A DNA stretch of 63,782 nucleotides, the filler included, from Lenisia limosa (lineage: Eukaryota; Protista; Breviatea), in assembly GCA_001655205.1 (NCBI GenBank). It is 9 parts of 9 records of this genome, joined end to end, with 100 filler letters (N's around TTAATTAATTAA, not from the genome) between each part and the next. Parts side by side here need not be neighbours in the genome. Positions count along the whole stretch, not along the records: positions 25,789 to 31,598 come from LPNZ01003813.1; positions 31,699 to 33,420 come from LPNZ01007736.1; positions 33,521 to 61,888 come from LPNZ01006594.1; 6 more parts are not named here. One strand, 5' to 3'. Within the stretch, counting starts at the first letter, position 1, and each line of letters begins with the position of its first letter. Position numbers and translations under genes: made by a program. Below the pieces are notes generated by a model, which saw nothing but the letters and a program-made list of their open reading frames with translations, was not told the origin of the DNA and ran no database searches. This document shows, in pieces, positions 25,905-37,689 of the stretch.

Positions 25905-28903
25905 ACCTTCATCTTTGGGCACGAACTATTTTTGAATCAGGAAGAAACAATGAAAAAGGACACTTCTTGGGGTGACCTCTCCCATTACTTTTATTACACT
26001 ACATTCCCCCTTCCAAGTTCTTCATTACCCCCCTCCCACTTCAAGAAATCGCCTTGAAAGGCCGAAGTCTGCCAACTTAGCCGTGCCTTTTTTGTCTACG
26101 ATGTTTAGAAGACCCTTTATTATATGAAGATTTTAAGAGCATTAATATGATTAGACCATTTTTATGAAGATTATTAGAATACGTACAAATAATTACTAAG
26201 ATATTTGTAAGACGATTCTATTAAACAAGCGAATTAGACATTTATAAAGATATTTACACGAACACACTGTAAACAGTTATACGTATGAGGTATTTCGTTG
26301 AACAAGAGGTGTTTATATGGATATATTGAACATTTGAGATACGATATGTATATCCACCTTATGCTATGCTACATAGTATATGATCATATGATCAAATGAT
26401 GTGTATTATTATTTACTATAATCAGGGCTTCCCTCTGGTCCCAAAAAAAGATTGAATTTCTCGATATATCCTCGATAATTATCGATATTTTAACGGTCTT
26501 TTTCGGACCGTAGGGAAGCCCTAACAGTAATAGAAGTAATACTATGACAGGTAGTACAATACATACAAGTATGTATTAATATTACGCTTCCAAACTTATA
26601 AGCATAGTTTCAGTTTCCCTACCTATAAGGATATTTTCCGGCTTCAAGTCACGGTGGAGGATGGAGTGGTCGTGGAGGTAGAGGAGGGCTTGGGTCATAT
26701 CACGTGTGTATCTGCAGAAGTAAAAACTATTATACTGTATATATGTATTATAATTATATATATACTATATATATATAATATAAAGCCCATAATCAACTCT
26801 CCTGGCTGGAAACGGAGGGTATTTGGGTAAATTTGTTTTGCGGTATCCCTATGTATTTATTTGTTCCCCTTTATTTTACTGTAGTATATCATATATTACT
26901 TCTTTTTTTTAAAAAATATAGCAGGCAACCCCTCAAACATTGCTATATCACATGTATGGTAATTTATGTTTATCGTATAACTATGTAATGATTTGTTTCC
27001 TACTCTGCTTTGTTAATAGTTCACACAACTTGCTTAATATTCCACCCCCCCCCCCAACTTGCGAGCAGTTGCTATGGGGAGCGGTTTCTGACAGGCTTCG
27101 GCTGACATAGAGGACCCTGAGGGGGGGGGGGGNNNNNNNNNNNNNNNNNNNNNNNNNNNNNNNNNNNNNNNNNNNNNNNNNNNNNNNNNNNNNNNNNNNN
27201 NNNNNNNNNNNNNNNNAAATAGATAATACTATTGTGGTTGTACGTGTGCTATTATAAGATTACTTACATCAACCATCATGCTTATAAGATATATTGAATA
27301 ATAGTATAGTAATAATGCACCCAATCATTTGCCTTATAACTCTGTGCACACAGCTTTCTGAGCAAACAATCTACTATAAAAAGGTGACACTATTGTGGTT
27401 GAATGTATGCTATAATTTGAGTACAAAAGAATGGCTTCAAGATTGCTACCAAAGATGGTACTATTACGCCTTTTCCTCACCTCCAGGGCAGTATTCAAAC
27501 ACCATGTGGAGCCTCGAGTCTCGAGGGTCGTCTATCACAGCGTACTACAGAGTGAAACAATGGGGAGGGGGGGGGGGNNNNNNNNNNNNNNNNNNNNNNN
27601 NNNNNNNNNNNNNNNNNNNNNNNNNNNNNNNNNNNNNNNNNNNNNNNNNNNNNNNNNNNNNNNNNNNNNNNNNNNNNNNNNNNNNNNNNNNNNNNNNNNN
27701 NNNNNNNNNNNNNNNNNNNNNNNNNNNNNNNNNNNNNNNNNNNNNNNNNNNNNNNNNNNNNNNNNNNNNNNNNNNNNNNNNTTTAAATATCGATATTTAT
27801 CGAGATATTCGGTCTTATTTGGGACGTAGGGAACCGCTAGTAATGACAATACCCCACGTACAAGTGGTATGACATTTGGGTGGTCAAGGGAGGAGAGAAT
27901 GGAGATTTCCCTATTGACATCTTCGCGGGAAATTGTTGGGCCGCCTGAGAACTGGCGATGTTGTGTAAGCCTAGGAATGGTTAATAATCTGAGATCAATG
28001 GGTGAAGATCTGATAATCCGAAAGTCTATCTGATTTGCAGTGATTTTCCAAGGAAAATCGGTCAAGACTCATTCCAGTCACTGTACGTGTTATATACTAT
28101 ACACAGATAAGAAATGATACAAGGTTGTATCCGTCCATACCATTATGCTTATAAGGGATATTGGATTATAGTATAATATTAATTCAAAACAGATAATCAG
28201 CTACCGCGTTTCGTATTTTCTCGTTACTCCAGCCTATCCAGCAACGCTATATCCCATTACTCCAGCCTGTCCTGTTCACACGTCGACAATCCCCTGCAAT
28301 ACAAGGTTCAATCAGCATATCAAAACCCTTCAGGGCTTTGTCAGAAAGATAATTTCACCATTCATTTCATTTTGAGGCCATAAATGCGAAAAACACTGAC
28401 CACAACCGTTTCTGTAACAACAAAACTAACGATATATGACCACCCAAAAAATCACCGCAATTTGTCCGTAAAAATATTTCAAGCCTATGAGATGCACGGA
28501 AACACGTGTTTTCAACCCGCTTTCAACCCTAACACTCGCTAAAGACCGCTATAATAACGAACCTGTGTTTTGAGAAGACCTTGATGGCGAAGAGTTCGCC
28601 CGAGTCACAATCATGACAAAGCTTGACCTGTGGAACGTCAAATGGAAATACAGTCGGGGTAACACGGTGGCTGTTTTGGAGGAGATTGGTGTCTACGGCT
28701 ATTATTACCTTGGAATAAGGACCGAGGGAGATGTCCTTCTCGACACAGTACTGATTTATATGCCGTTTGCCATCTTTGTCGTTGAATTTTATGGTTTTGT
28801 CAACGAATGACGTCGCTACTTGCTTCCATGTCTTGGTTTCGGGGCTTTTAACAACGGGGGTGAAGCTAAGTGAGTCCTTCTTTTTCGAAACACAGGCTCC
28901 CAT
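25905..28903 (-). CDS. Ser/Thr kinase, CaMKK/GRIK/Sak1-like, with N-terminal MGACVSKK; C-lobe end lost in the gap at 25689-25788
   Basis: HINQYCVEKDISLGPYSK|VKLCHDCDSGELFAIKVFSKHR, EDVNREISILSSLDHPNVIPL, YAVIDDPRDSRLHMVFEYCPGG, YLHDHSILHRDLKPENIL and AKLADFGLS, all with canonical introns. Confidence 0.88.
26425..26521. mobile_element. P95 variant subfamily with altered TIRs, in a kinase intron; partial variant at 27782-27836; further partial P95 copies at ~29915-29996, ~31108-31150 and ~32993-33051
   Basis: GGGCTTCCCTCTGGTCC...GGACCGTAGGGAAGCCC|TA with the same internal core (GATTGAATTTCTCGATA..CCTCGA...TATCGATATTTTA.CGGT). Confidence 0.75.
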
Positions 28904-30162
28904 TAACAGGACGCTTCACAGTACTACCATACAATTTACTTCTCACTATTATTCGACAAAAAACCTAAAATACCATACAGCGAGAGAACGACGAGGAAAC
29001 GAGGAAACAAAAAAAAAACAACTTATTTAATGAACTAACCTGGGAGGGTTATTACCCATATTTAGTTTTTAGCTGAAAAGGCTCCAAAACTGTTTCATGA
29101 AACGGTACATTCATTATCTGAGACTCATCTAAGAGTATAGAGTGCACGAAATACCAAGAAATCCAGCAACAAACCCCTCAGTCATTGGTATTCACACCAC
29201 GCTGCCTGTCTAAGATAGCTATAGACCCATTCTATCCCTTCTTAATAAGCTGAAATTGTCCAAAAACTAGACCCGACGCGGAAGTGAATACAGCTCATTA
29301 GCGGCAGGTATTGTGGGTGTTCGCAGTCATATCTAAAAGGTGTTAATGTTTGACAAGAGAATTTCAACATGCCTTTATGAAGTTCATTTGAATAGCCTTT
29401 TATCATTCTCAAAGATGAAAGTGATGTTTTGTGTGTTTTCAACTGTAGTAAAGAGTGTTTTGAAAACGCTGATTGCTTCCGGTTGATCATTAGAAGTGTG
29501 AGCAAAAGATTGGTTTTATTTCTTTAACAAAATATTATATTTATATTTCCATTTAAATGGTTAAGCAAAATAGTTTTGTTCCTCTTTTGACATGTTCCGA
29601 TAAAATATATTTTAAATATTGTGGACTCTATCCGAGGGTTGTGAGTCAGATATTCCATCATCTGAAACTATGGTGTTATAGATGCTATGCTCTCTTCGAA
29701 AAATCCTCGTGAAATGTCGATAATCTTAGTATTTTTTTGAGTGTAGTGTGTGTTTTATCAAAGTCAAGTTTCGGCCAATTGTTCCTCAATCTTCCACAAT
29801 TCTTTAAAATGTCTAGAACTTTTAAAAATGAGAAAAAAAAAAGTTCTCTCAGTTTCTAAAATTAGCCGTTGTAGCTTATACAAAGTATCATGTAATGCTT
29901 TATATATTATATATGAATATATTTTGGTACAGAAAAGAATGTTTTTCTCGAAAAACAATGAAAACTGCCTGTCTTTTTCGGATCGGAATGAAGCCCTACT
30001 CTCATATTACGTTACACCTGATCATAGCCTTTCACACCATAATGTTGATAATTGAGAAATGAGATGATTTGATATGATATTGATCAAAACTTAGAAAGAA
30101 TATATGATAATAACAATTAACCCGCTTATTTTTGTATTCTTCCGCAATTCTGCCGCGGCTGT

Positions 30163-30243
30163 ATTTCTTGGTACTCAATAGATATCGACATTTCTTGATA
30201 CTTAATAGATATCGACATTTCTTGGTACTCAATAGATATCGAT
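30163..30243 (+). repeat. 27-bp tandem repeat x3 (ATTTCTTGGTACTCAATAGATATCGAC)
   Basis: Direct reading. Confidence 0.9.
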
Positions 30244-30285
30244 TTACCGTGATTTTTAGGTTCGCGGAGAGTCCGTCATACGGTG

Positions 30286-30363
30286 ACCGATTTCCCAACA
30301 GGAATGACATCACAGTGACCGTGTTAAATGTGACCGAAATGCCATTCCTGTTGGGAAATCGGT
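30286..30363. repeat. Perfect 21-bp inverted repeat with 36-bp spacer
   Basis: ACCGATTTCCCAACAGGAATG (30286-30306) / CATTCCTGTTGGGAAATCGGT (30343-30363). A related single arm lies at ~31000-31022. Confidence 0.9.
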
Positions 30364-30412
30364 TTTTGGACCTCTTTATTATTTCAAATGTGCATTTAGA
30401 TGTGTTTGACCT

Positions 30413-30709
30413 AGAGAAATTTTTATTTTCAATGAATTTGTGAATGGACTCACTCAACTATGAAAAATATACAGATTTTAGTGAAATTTAGTGAATTTTT
30501 ATGATATTGGTGAATGGAATTATAAAAAACCTTAATTAAAAGTTCAGTTCATTTATCATTTATGATTCCAGAGAAATTTTTATTTTCAATGAATTTGTGA
30601 ATGGACTCACTCAACTATGAAAAATATACAGATTTTAGTGAAATTTAGTGAATTTTTATGATATTGGTGAATGGAATTATAAAAAACCTTAATTAAAAGT
30701 TCAGTTCAT
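30413..30709 (+). repeat. Near-identical ~140-bp tandem duplication (period 157 bp)
   Basis: AGAGAAATTTTTATTTTCAATG...AAAGTTCAGTTCAT at 30413-30552 and 30570-30709. Confidence 0.9.
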
Positions 30710-31569
30710 GAACTGAACTGAGGTCACCCCTACTTATTGATTCTTGATCCCTTTTCTAAGTTAATTGTCTAAAATGGGCGTAATAAAGACCTGTATGTTG
30801 GAAAAAGTCAAAAAGTTGATTGATCCAATTCCCTTCAATAGCTGTGCAGCAACTTTGATAAATTTCACTAAAATTGGTATTTTACATAATTTAGTGAATC
30901 CATTCACTTAATTTATAAATAATCAAAATTATTCTGAAAACATAAATATAGGGTCTATAGCATCTAAAGGCACTTTCAAAATGTTTGAAAGGTCAAAAAT
31001 CCGATTTCCGTACAGGAATGACATTTTGGTCACTATTTAACACGCTCACTGTATAGATATACAAACTCGTACAACATGTAAAAATATTCGTTATCGTAAT
31101 AAAACTAGAGCTTCACTTTCATATCAAAAAGATCGAGAAAACAATTGATATTGATGAGGGCGCTGGGAATCAGTTGAAAAATTATGCTACATTGTAATGA
31201 GAATTCTATTTCAGCTACTTCCGAAAAAAAAATTTCAATTAATTTCCTCAAACAATAATTGACAAATACGAGGGTTCAATGGAGACCTTGTTCTTTTGAG
31301 ATTATTACGGATTCATCCAGAAAATGACTGAACTTCTCAATAATATATGTTTGTATTTCGAAATCTCTTTCGAATTACTCGCCCCTAATATACGGTGCTG
31401 TAGAAGCGACTGACATGGGCTTTTTTGTTTTTGTTGTTACCACCCTGGTGTGTTGTTAGCCAACAGATTTGATTTGGGGTTTTTTTTTTGTTTCATAAAA
31501 TTATTCAATTTTACTCCCCCCCCCAGTTGATTTTGGTTTTTTTTATATGTATAAATATTCCCATTTTAC

Positions 31570-33410
31570 GTACGCCGGAGTGATGGGATGCGGTGCTGNN
31601 NNNNNNNNNNNNNNNNNNNNNNNNNNNNNNNNNNNNNNNNNNTTAATTAATTAANNNNNNNNNNNNNNNNNNNNNNNNNNNNNNNNNNNNNNNNNNNNAA
31701 GGATGCTGACAGGATGTTGAGCTCGTGGGAGAAGGCTACACAGGCCCTTCTTGGCCTAATGACACGCTCTATGCAGTCCAAAGGTGGGACGTCTTGATGA
31801 AATCCGAGTAGAATTACTTGGTAGTTGGTTTTTTATACGCGTGGTTTGGGATGTTTTCTGTTTGTACTTCATTATGTTTTATTTTTTGTTTGTTGCATAA
31901 TTTTGTTTTTTGGGAGTTTTTTTTTTTTGTTTTGTTTTTTAAATTTTCCCATTTTNNNNNNNNNNNNNNNNNNNNNNNNNNNNNNNNNNNNNNNNNNNNN
32001 NNNNNNNNNNNNNNNNNNNNNNNNNNNNNNNNNNNNNNNNNNNNNNNNNNNNNNNNNNNNNNNNNNNNNNNNNNNNNNNNNNNNNNNNNNNNNNNNNNNN
32101 NNNTAAAAAAAATAATAAAATAGGGAAACAAATATTACATAGGGACACCAAAAACAAATTACCATGCTTGCGCGCCCAGGCTCCTTGGCGCCCCCTAAAA
32201 AGAGCCGAATCGCGGACACAAGTGGATAATCCGTGCTTTTTTTTTTTTGAAGAAATATACATACAGTGACTTAGGTAACCTGACACCGATATTGAGCTTT
32301 ATCTTCAGTCAATCGTGTAAAGATGATACATCATATGATATAGTAATATTATAATAAATACGATTCCATAGGTGGGTTATGCCTCAGTTGCACCACTAGA
32401 GTTTATTTTGAGTTTTTTTGTTTTGTTCTGTTTTGTTCTGTTCTGTTTTGTTTCATAATTATCCATTTTACCCTCCCTATCATAATTCTCTAACTTTACC
32501 CCCCCCCCCAGGCCGGTTTCTCGAGAGCAGCAACAACAAGCAACTCACGGCGGGAGTGGATTTGGCGCATTACGGCGGCGACGCTTCTCANNNNNNNNNN
32601 NNNNNNNNNNNNNNNNNNNNNNNNNNNNNNNNNNNNNNNNNNNNNNNNNNNNNNNNNNNNNNNNNNNNNNNNNNNNNNNNNNNNNNNNNNNNNNNNNNNN
32701 NNNNNNNNTACATTTTTTTGTTTTATTAATATTATTATTCATGAGTATCATATGTACCATCAATCCACCATTTCTTTTGTTTTCTTTTCTTTTGTTTTCT
32801 TTTCTAATTCACTTAGATGTCGTGAGCCGGCCCTGTATATTACCTAGGTCTTTTATTTCGCAACTGTGTTAGGTCTTAGACTAAAAATGTATATTATCAT
32901 ATATTTAACCATGGGACATTATTTATCAGCCAGGAATATTGCCACACCGCTACCCACTCATCACAACCTCGGGACATGTGAAAGTGGATTATGGGGTTAC
33001 ACCCTCGGCCATAAAAAAGACTGGTCGAAATTTTACACAGTAGTGAAGCCCAAGGTGGCGATGCAAATATCGACAGCCCCATCCCAACGATCCCGAAAGC
33101 CTTAGAGCACTACGGCACATCGACTTGGGATTGTTATTATTTTGGGAAACCCATAAACTTCATAAAATTTCTTCGGAATTCCAACGTTTTCACAAGACTC
33201 CCCACACAACACAGAATATATCCGGCGATGAAAAGCATATAACCCCTCCCCCATACATAAACTCCACATGCGGAATGAGTAAAAGTCCCCCTTGAAAGCC
33301 CCGGTGAAACCCCACAAAATACATAACACATAAATACCCCATGCGGCGCTTAGTCCCACTCCTCAGAGTCACAGCCAGACATATCGTCTCCTGGGGCAAA
33401 CTGCGCGGGG
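31570..33410 (-). CDS. Unassigned multi-exon gene fragmented by gaps
   Basis: Short coding-like segments with donors: ETICLAVTLRSGTKRRMG|gtattt, CDEWVAVWQYSWLINNVPW, RSVAAVMRQIHSR|gtgagt, and a segment ending gcaagcatg|gtaatt. Strand inferred from splice signals. Confidence 0.33.
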
Positions 33411-33720
33411 GGGGGGGGGGNNNNNNNNNNNNNNNNNNNNNNNNNNNNNNNNNNNNNNNNNNNNTTAATTAATTAANNNNNNNNNNNNNNNNNNNNNNNN
33501 NNNNNNNNNNNNNNNNNNNNAATATGAAGCAATAAATGGATGTTAATGGGGAGCATAATAGGAGTGTTTTCAAGGGATGATGTGAAGAAAAATAAAGCAG
33601 ACTCCTGCTTTAACAGTCTAAAATTTAACCAGATATCGGAAAGGTCACAGATATATGGGCGATATACTGTATATATATGCATATACACACACACACACAC
33701 ATCGATATATATATATATAT

Positions 33721-34103
33721 ATATGCTCGAGGTCCTAAACTATGTCGTTAAATCGAATTATTGTCGTTAATTCAATTTTCTGTGACTGTCTATTTTTCAT
33801 GTTACGGTCAACTTCACAACAATTTAACTCGTAAAAAAGGACATATAAGAAAAATGCGAGCATAAACTGAAAAAAATTGCGCGAGCGTGGCGCTAAAAAA
33901 TTAAATTTCTACAATAAAGTGCTGATCTTGCAAAAAAAAATTTCGAAAGGTTATAGTTACCTTTGTTTTCCTTCAGAAACAAATTAAGTGTGTATATCTC
34001 AGAAATATATGACTGTTTTGAAGGGGAATAGCTGATTTGGCGACCGTGAATAATTAACGACATTAATTCGAAATTACGACATAATTATGGACCATGAGCA
34101 TAT
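33721..34103. mobile_element. ~380-bp MITE-like element with imperfect ~55-bp TIRs in a TA-rich site
   Basis: ATATGCTCGAGGTCCTAAACTATGTCGTTAAATCGAATTATTGTCGTTAATT mirrors the reverse complement of AATTAACGACATTAATTCGAAATTACGACATAATTATGGACCATGAGCATAT. Confidence 0.7.
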
Positions 34104-34829
34104 GATAAAGCTATATGTATAACGTGTATTTATATGCATACATATCATATGATACTATCGGATATTGTACATAATTTTCTTCTCATTACAAATTTTGTAC
34201 AAAAAAAACAAAACACTCATACAAATATGCCTAATAACATCCTTTCTATATACTGCTATCAAGTAATTAAACAAACTGAGGATGCTTTCTTTTGTGCAAG
34301 CGGGACTATCATTTTAAACAATAATTCAATTCGTTGTGGCCAATTATTACTGCTTTCAAAAGACGAAATGACAATCTGCCTTCATCAGGGACACAAAGGG
34401 GTATAAGTATTGTAATTTTTAAACACAAATTACCTGTTTTCCAATCGTTACGATTTTTTTAATTATTATCAAATTATCATCATAGTTACTTCATACATAC
34501 TATGACATACAATAAAACAAATGCTTAGAGCCTCATCAAGCATATACTTCGATTTTCTTCCATTAGACCTTTGGGGACCAGCAGACAACTTTCTTTGTCA
34601 AACCAAGCACGGAAGAGTGGTAAGCTATTTTTCTGTGTGATTTCAATGCGACTTCATCTAATCTGATTTCAATAAATTGTTTCCTGATTTCATCTCAAAT
34701 AAAATAGAGAAAACATACTTTTTTTTTTCATCATTTTTTCAAAAATATCAAATGTACTAAAGATTCCCTTTTCATCAGTAAGGTATTAACAATTAAGCTA
34801 GAGAAACAAGCCTTTAATGGCAGCCTGGG

Positions 34830-35541
34830 CGCATTTTCCGATGAACCTGCCACCGTGGAGAAGGCCACATGACGGCAGCGTCATTGTCGTGTATCTGAAA
34901 AAACAATAATGTTGACTGGTTAAACAATACCTTCTACAAAGTGACTTCCCTTGACATCTAAGCGCTTCGTCTAACTAAACCGTAAATACAACTTACTACA
35001 GCTCACCATTTCAACTCCATCTCACCAAAGTTATAACGAAGGAAATACTTTTCTTAAAACATGATTGATTCGACGTTGAGATTTTTTTCATGTTTTACTC
35101 CCATGTCCAAAGGCAACGTGACTTAAATCACCAAACGATAAACCAGTCGATGACCTTCTTTTGTAACTTTGTAATGACAGAAAATATTGTCAGGCTTGAG
35201 GTCACCAAGAATTTCTGTCTTCCAATATAACATGAAACCACTGAACAAAACAGTCAAAACTTCATAATATCATAAAAAAAAAAAGAAAATCGTCCTACGC
35301 ACTTGTCCTTCAATGCTGATTTCAGCTTCTTATTGAGATTAAAGGCAGATCCGATGGGGTCAAGGGCCTTGACAGAGACGTTGAGGGTTTCAACACCGGC
35401 CCTGGATTTGAACTTGGAGGGGGTATCACGGTGGAAGATGGTAAAGGCGAAAGAAGTGTGAGGGAATCGGTTGAATTTCAACCATATCTCTACATTAGTA
35501 AGTATACCTTTTGAGGCCTCGGTGCAAATAATTTTTTGCAA
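34830..35541 (-). pseudogene. Degenerate protein kinase remnant
   Basis: EILGDLKPDNIF (subdomain VIb), followed by a frameshift/stop where the DFG-equivalent should be. A later W...RP-like segment is weakly consistent with subdomain XI. Confidence 0.5.
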
Positions 35542-37689
35542 TAATAAACATTTTCAGAATTGTTTCAAATATTTGCAAAAAAATTATATCAATTAATCAC
35601 AATTAATTACAGACAAGGTGGTGGTCGAAGTCCCCATGGGTCACAGAAGATGAGTTGAGCATCACAGATACCTTTTCTAACTTTTTTTAGACTATATCCA
35701 TCCAGCAAAACCGAAGGTCACTAAACCAACCAATAAACAAAATAATTTTCAAGGATTACCGCACTGATTTCCTATTGATCTGTAGTCAAAAAGCTGAGAA
35801 TTGGTTTTCTTGTCCCCGTTGATGTATATGTTGCAAATTTTTTCAAGTAATTAATCCGTTACTTTTTAGCTAGTGAATACCATTTTCGGGAAAAAAACGA
35901 ACAAATTGTGTCAGCAGGGCGTCACCTGGTCCGTAGTCTAGTTAACTTTTTTTGTTTTGATACATTTGATCTTTTTAACCCTGAGGAATGGTAAGGAAAC
36001 CTGCTGACAATCGCCGTATCGCGGCCTTGGAGGACGCAAAGTTCGTGTTTACCACAACACATCTCTCCTAGCCTTCCTCAAGGGATAAAGAGACGCTCAA
36101 AGTAGTTGCCATGATTTTGTTGAGCTTGTTAAGAGAGTTAAGTGATGGGAGCACTTCCAGAGTTGAACTCAAGTGCTCAAAGGATACGTGACGCAGCTGC
36201 TCCAACTTCGGCTTCGACTTTGTAAGGAGGATAGTTAAGAGCTTTTTGTAATTTATTGTTTCCTTTCGAAACCTCTGAGTTTTGAATTCTTTAACCCTTC
36301 TCTTGCGTGTTCCTTTTTTAATATGAAGAGAAAAACGTTGACCAACATCAATGAGGCCTTAAATAGCATAGTGGGTACCAAATAGGACAAGACCTTAACC
36401 CGACCTCTTGCTCAAAGACCAACAAAAGTCCATCTGGTGCATTTGACCCCTAAAAAAATGGCGCGCAAAAGTTGTGCCTTTGGCCCTCTTTAAAAACATT
36501 TGTACAACAATTACGAATAAAAAATGCAAGAAAATTGAATAGTCATCATTTATTGGAACTTGTCAAGAAGCAATTTCACTTATATTCAGTTCCAAAATAT
36601 TTACAAAATATTGGATTAAAAAAAATAACAAAACACTGAGGGAAAAAACAAATCCAAAGTATTTGTCCGGTTTGATCTTGTTGTAAATAGTGAAATGAAC
36701 AGTCCTGTCCCAAGGTGCACATGCTACTTTGTCACACCTCCTTAATATCTGAAAACTATACTGCAAATTACTTCTTTTCCTCAAAAACTCTTAAAAAAAA
36801 AGGGGGGGTAAATTGATGTAGACTATGTCCCACCAGCACCAATCTGTGGTAAAAAGAAGACTTATCACAATAGGTTTTGAGGTATTTCTAGATTTCCAGT
36901 TTTGTTTTTAAAAAAAATTCACCTACATTATTTGTGAAGGTTGTCTTTGTAGAATCAAAAGAGCTATTTGTTGTAACAGAGGTCAAGGTCGATAGATCAA
37001 AGACTGCAAAAGTCAAACTCCAAAGAACCCACTATCGGGAAAGGTTGTAACGAAGATCCATTTTTCGGGTAACAATGGAATATCCAGAGAAATTGAAATT
37101 GTGCTTTCCTGAAAAGTAAAAATGAACAGAACATTGTCTGTTTATATCTGTGATAGTATGTATAGTATCAGATCAAAAACTGAACATTGTAAGTCTTGGC
37201 CGATTTTCTGAAGGCAAATCTAACACTATCCGGCAAGACTTTCCTACACTTAAAATTTGTATATGATGGTAAAATATATCCTTATGAGGACAAAGGGGGT
37301 ATACCACATTGATCCCAATTCATGCTCTTACTGGTAATGTCGCGAAGCACTTTCCCAGCCTCTTCCCACCGGCAACGTACGTCACTGCTGTGTCCACTGT
37401 TGTTCTGGAAAGTCGGCCTCCAAGAAAATCCGCACGAATCTTTTCTGTGAGCTGTTCTTACAATGTTCATTTTTGATGTTCAAGGCTTGATGTGGTTTTT
37501 GTTTATGGTAATAAGGGTGTTCCGCTGTGATTCCCGACAAGTATTTGCTCTTATTCGTGATCACCCTGCCCCATGTCGCAATCCTTGATATTGATGCTCT
37601 TAAAACCCCAAAAGTTCGCATTTTTCTTTTTGGGTGATCTGAAACAATTTCCTGAGCACTATCCTTTGTTGTCAGAATTCATTTATGTT

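Noticed and set aside
30163-30243. CRISPR-like array
   Set aside because: The repeats are head-to-tail with no unique spacers, there are no cas genes, and the context is eukaryotic.
35950-36480. TnpB/Fanzor or transposase remnant (basic GTRKRRVKEFKTQRFRKE frame; also the Cys-rich frame at 39.2-39.4 kb)
   Set aside because: No RuvC D/E/D motifs, no CxxC...CxxC...RD.NAA.N signature, and no DDE motifs.
37310-37480. Polyprenyl synthetase-like GGKRL motif in a coding-like exon
   Set aside because: GGKRLGK lacks the RP and no DDxxD motifs follow; most likely an unidentified pseudogene exon.
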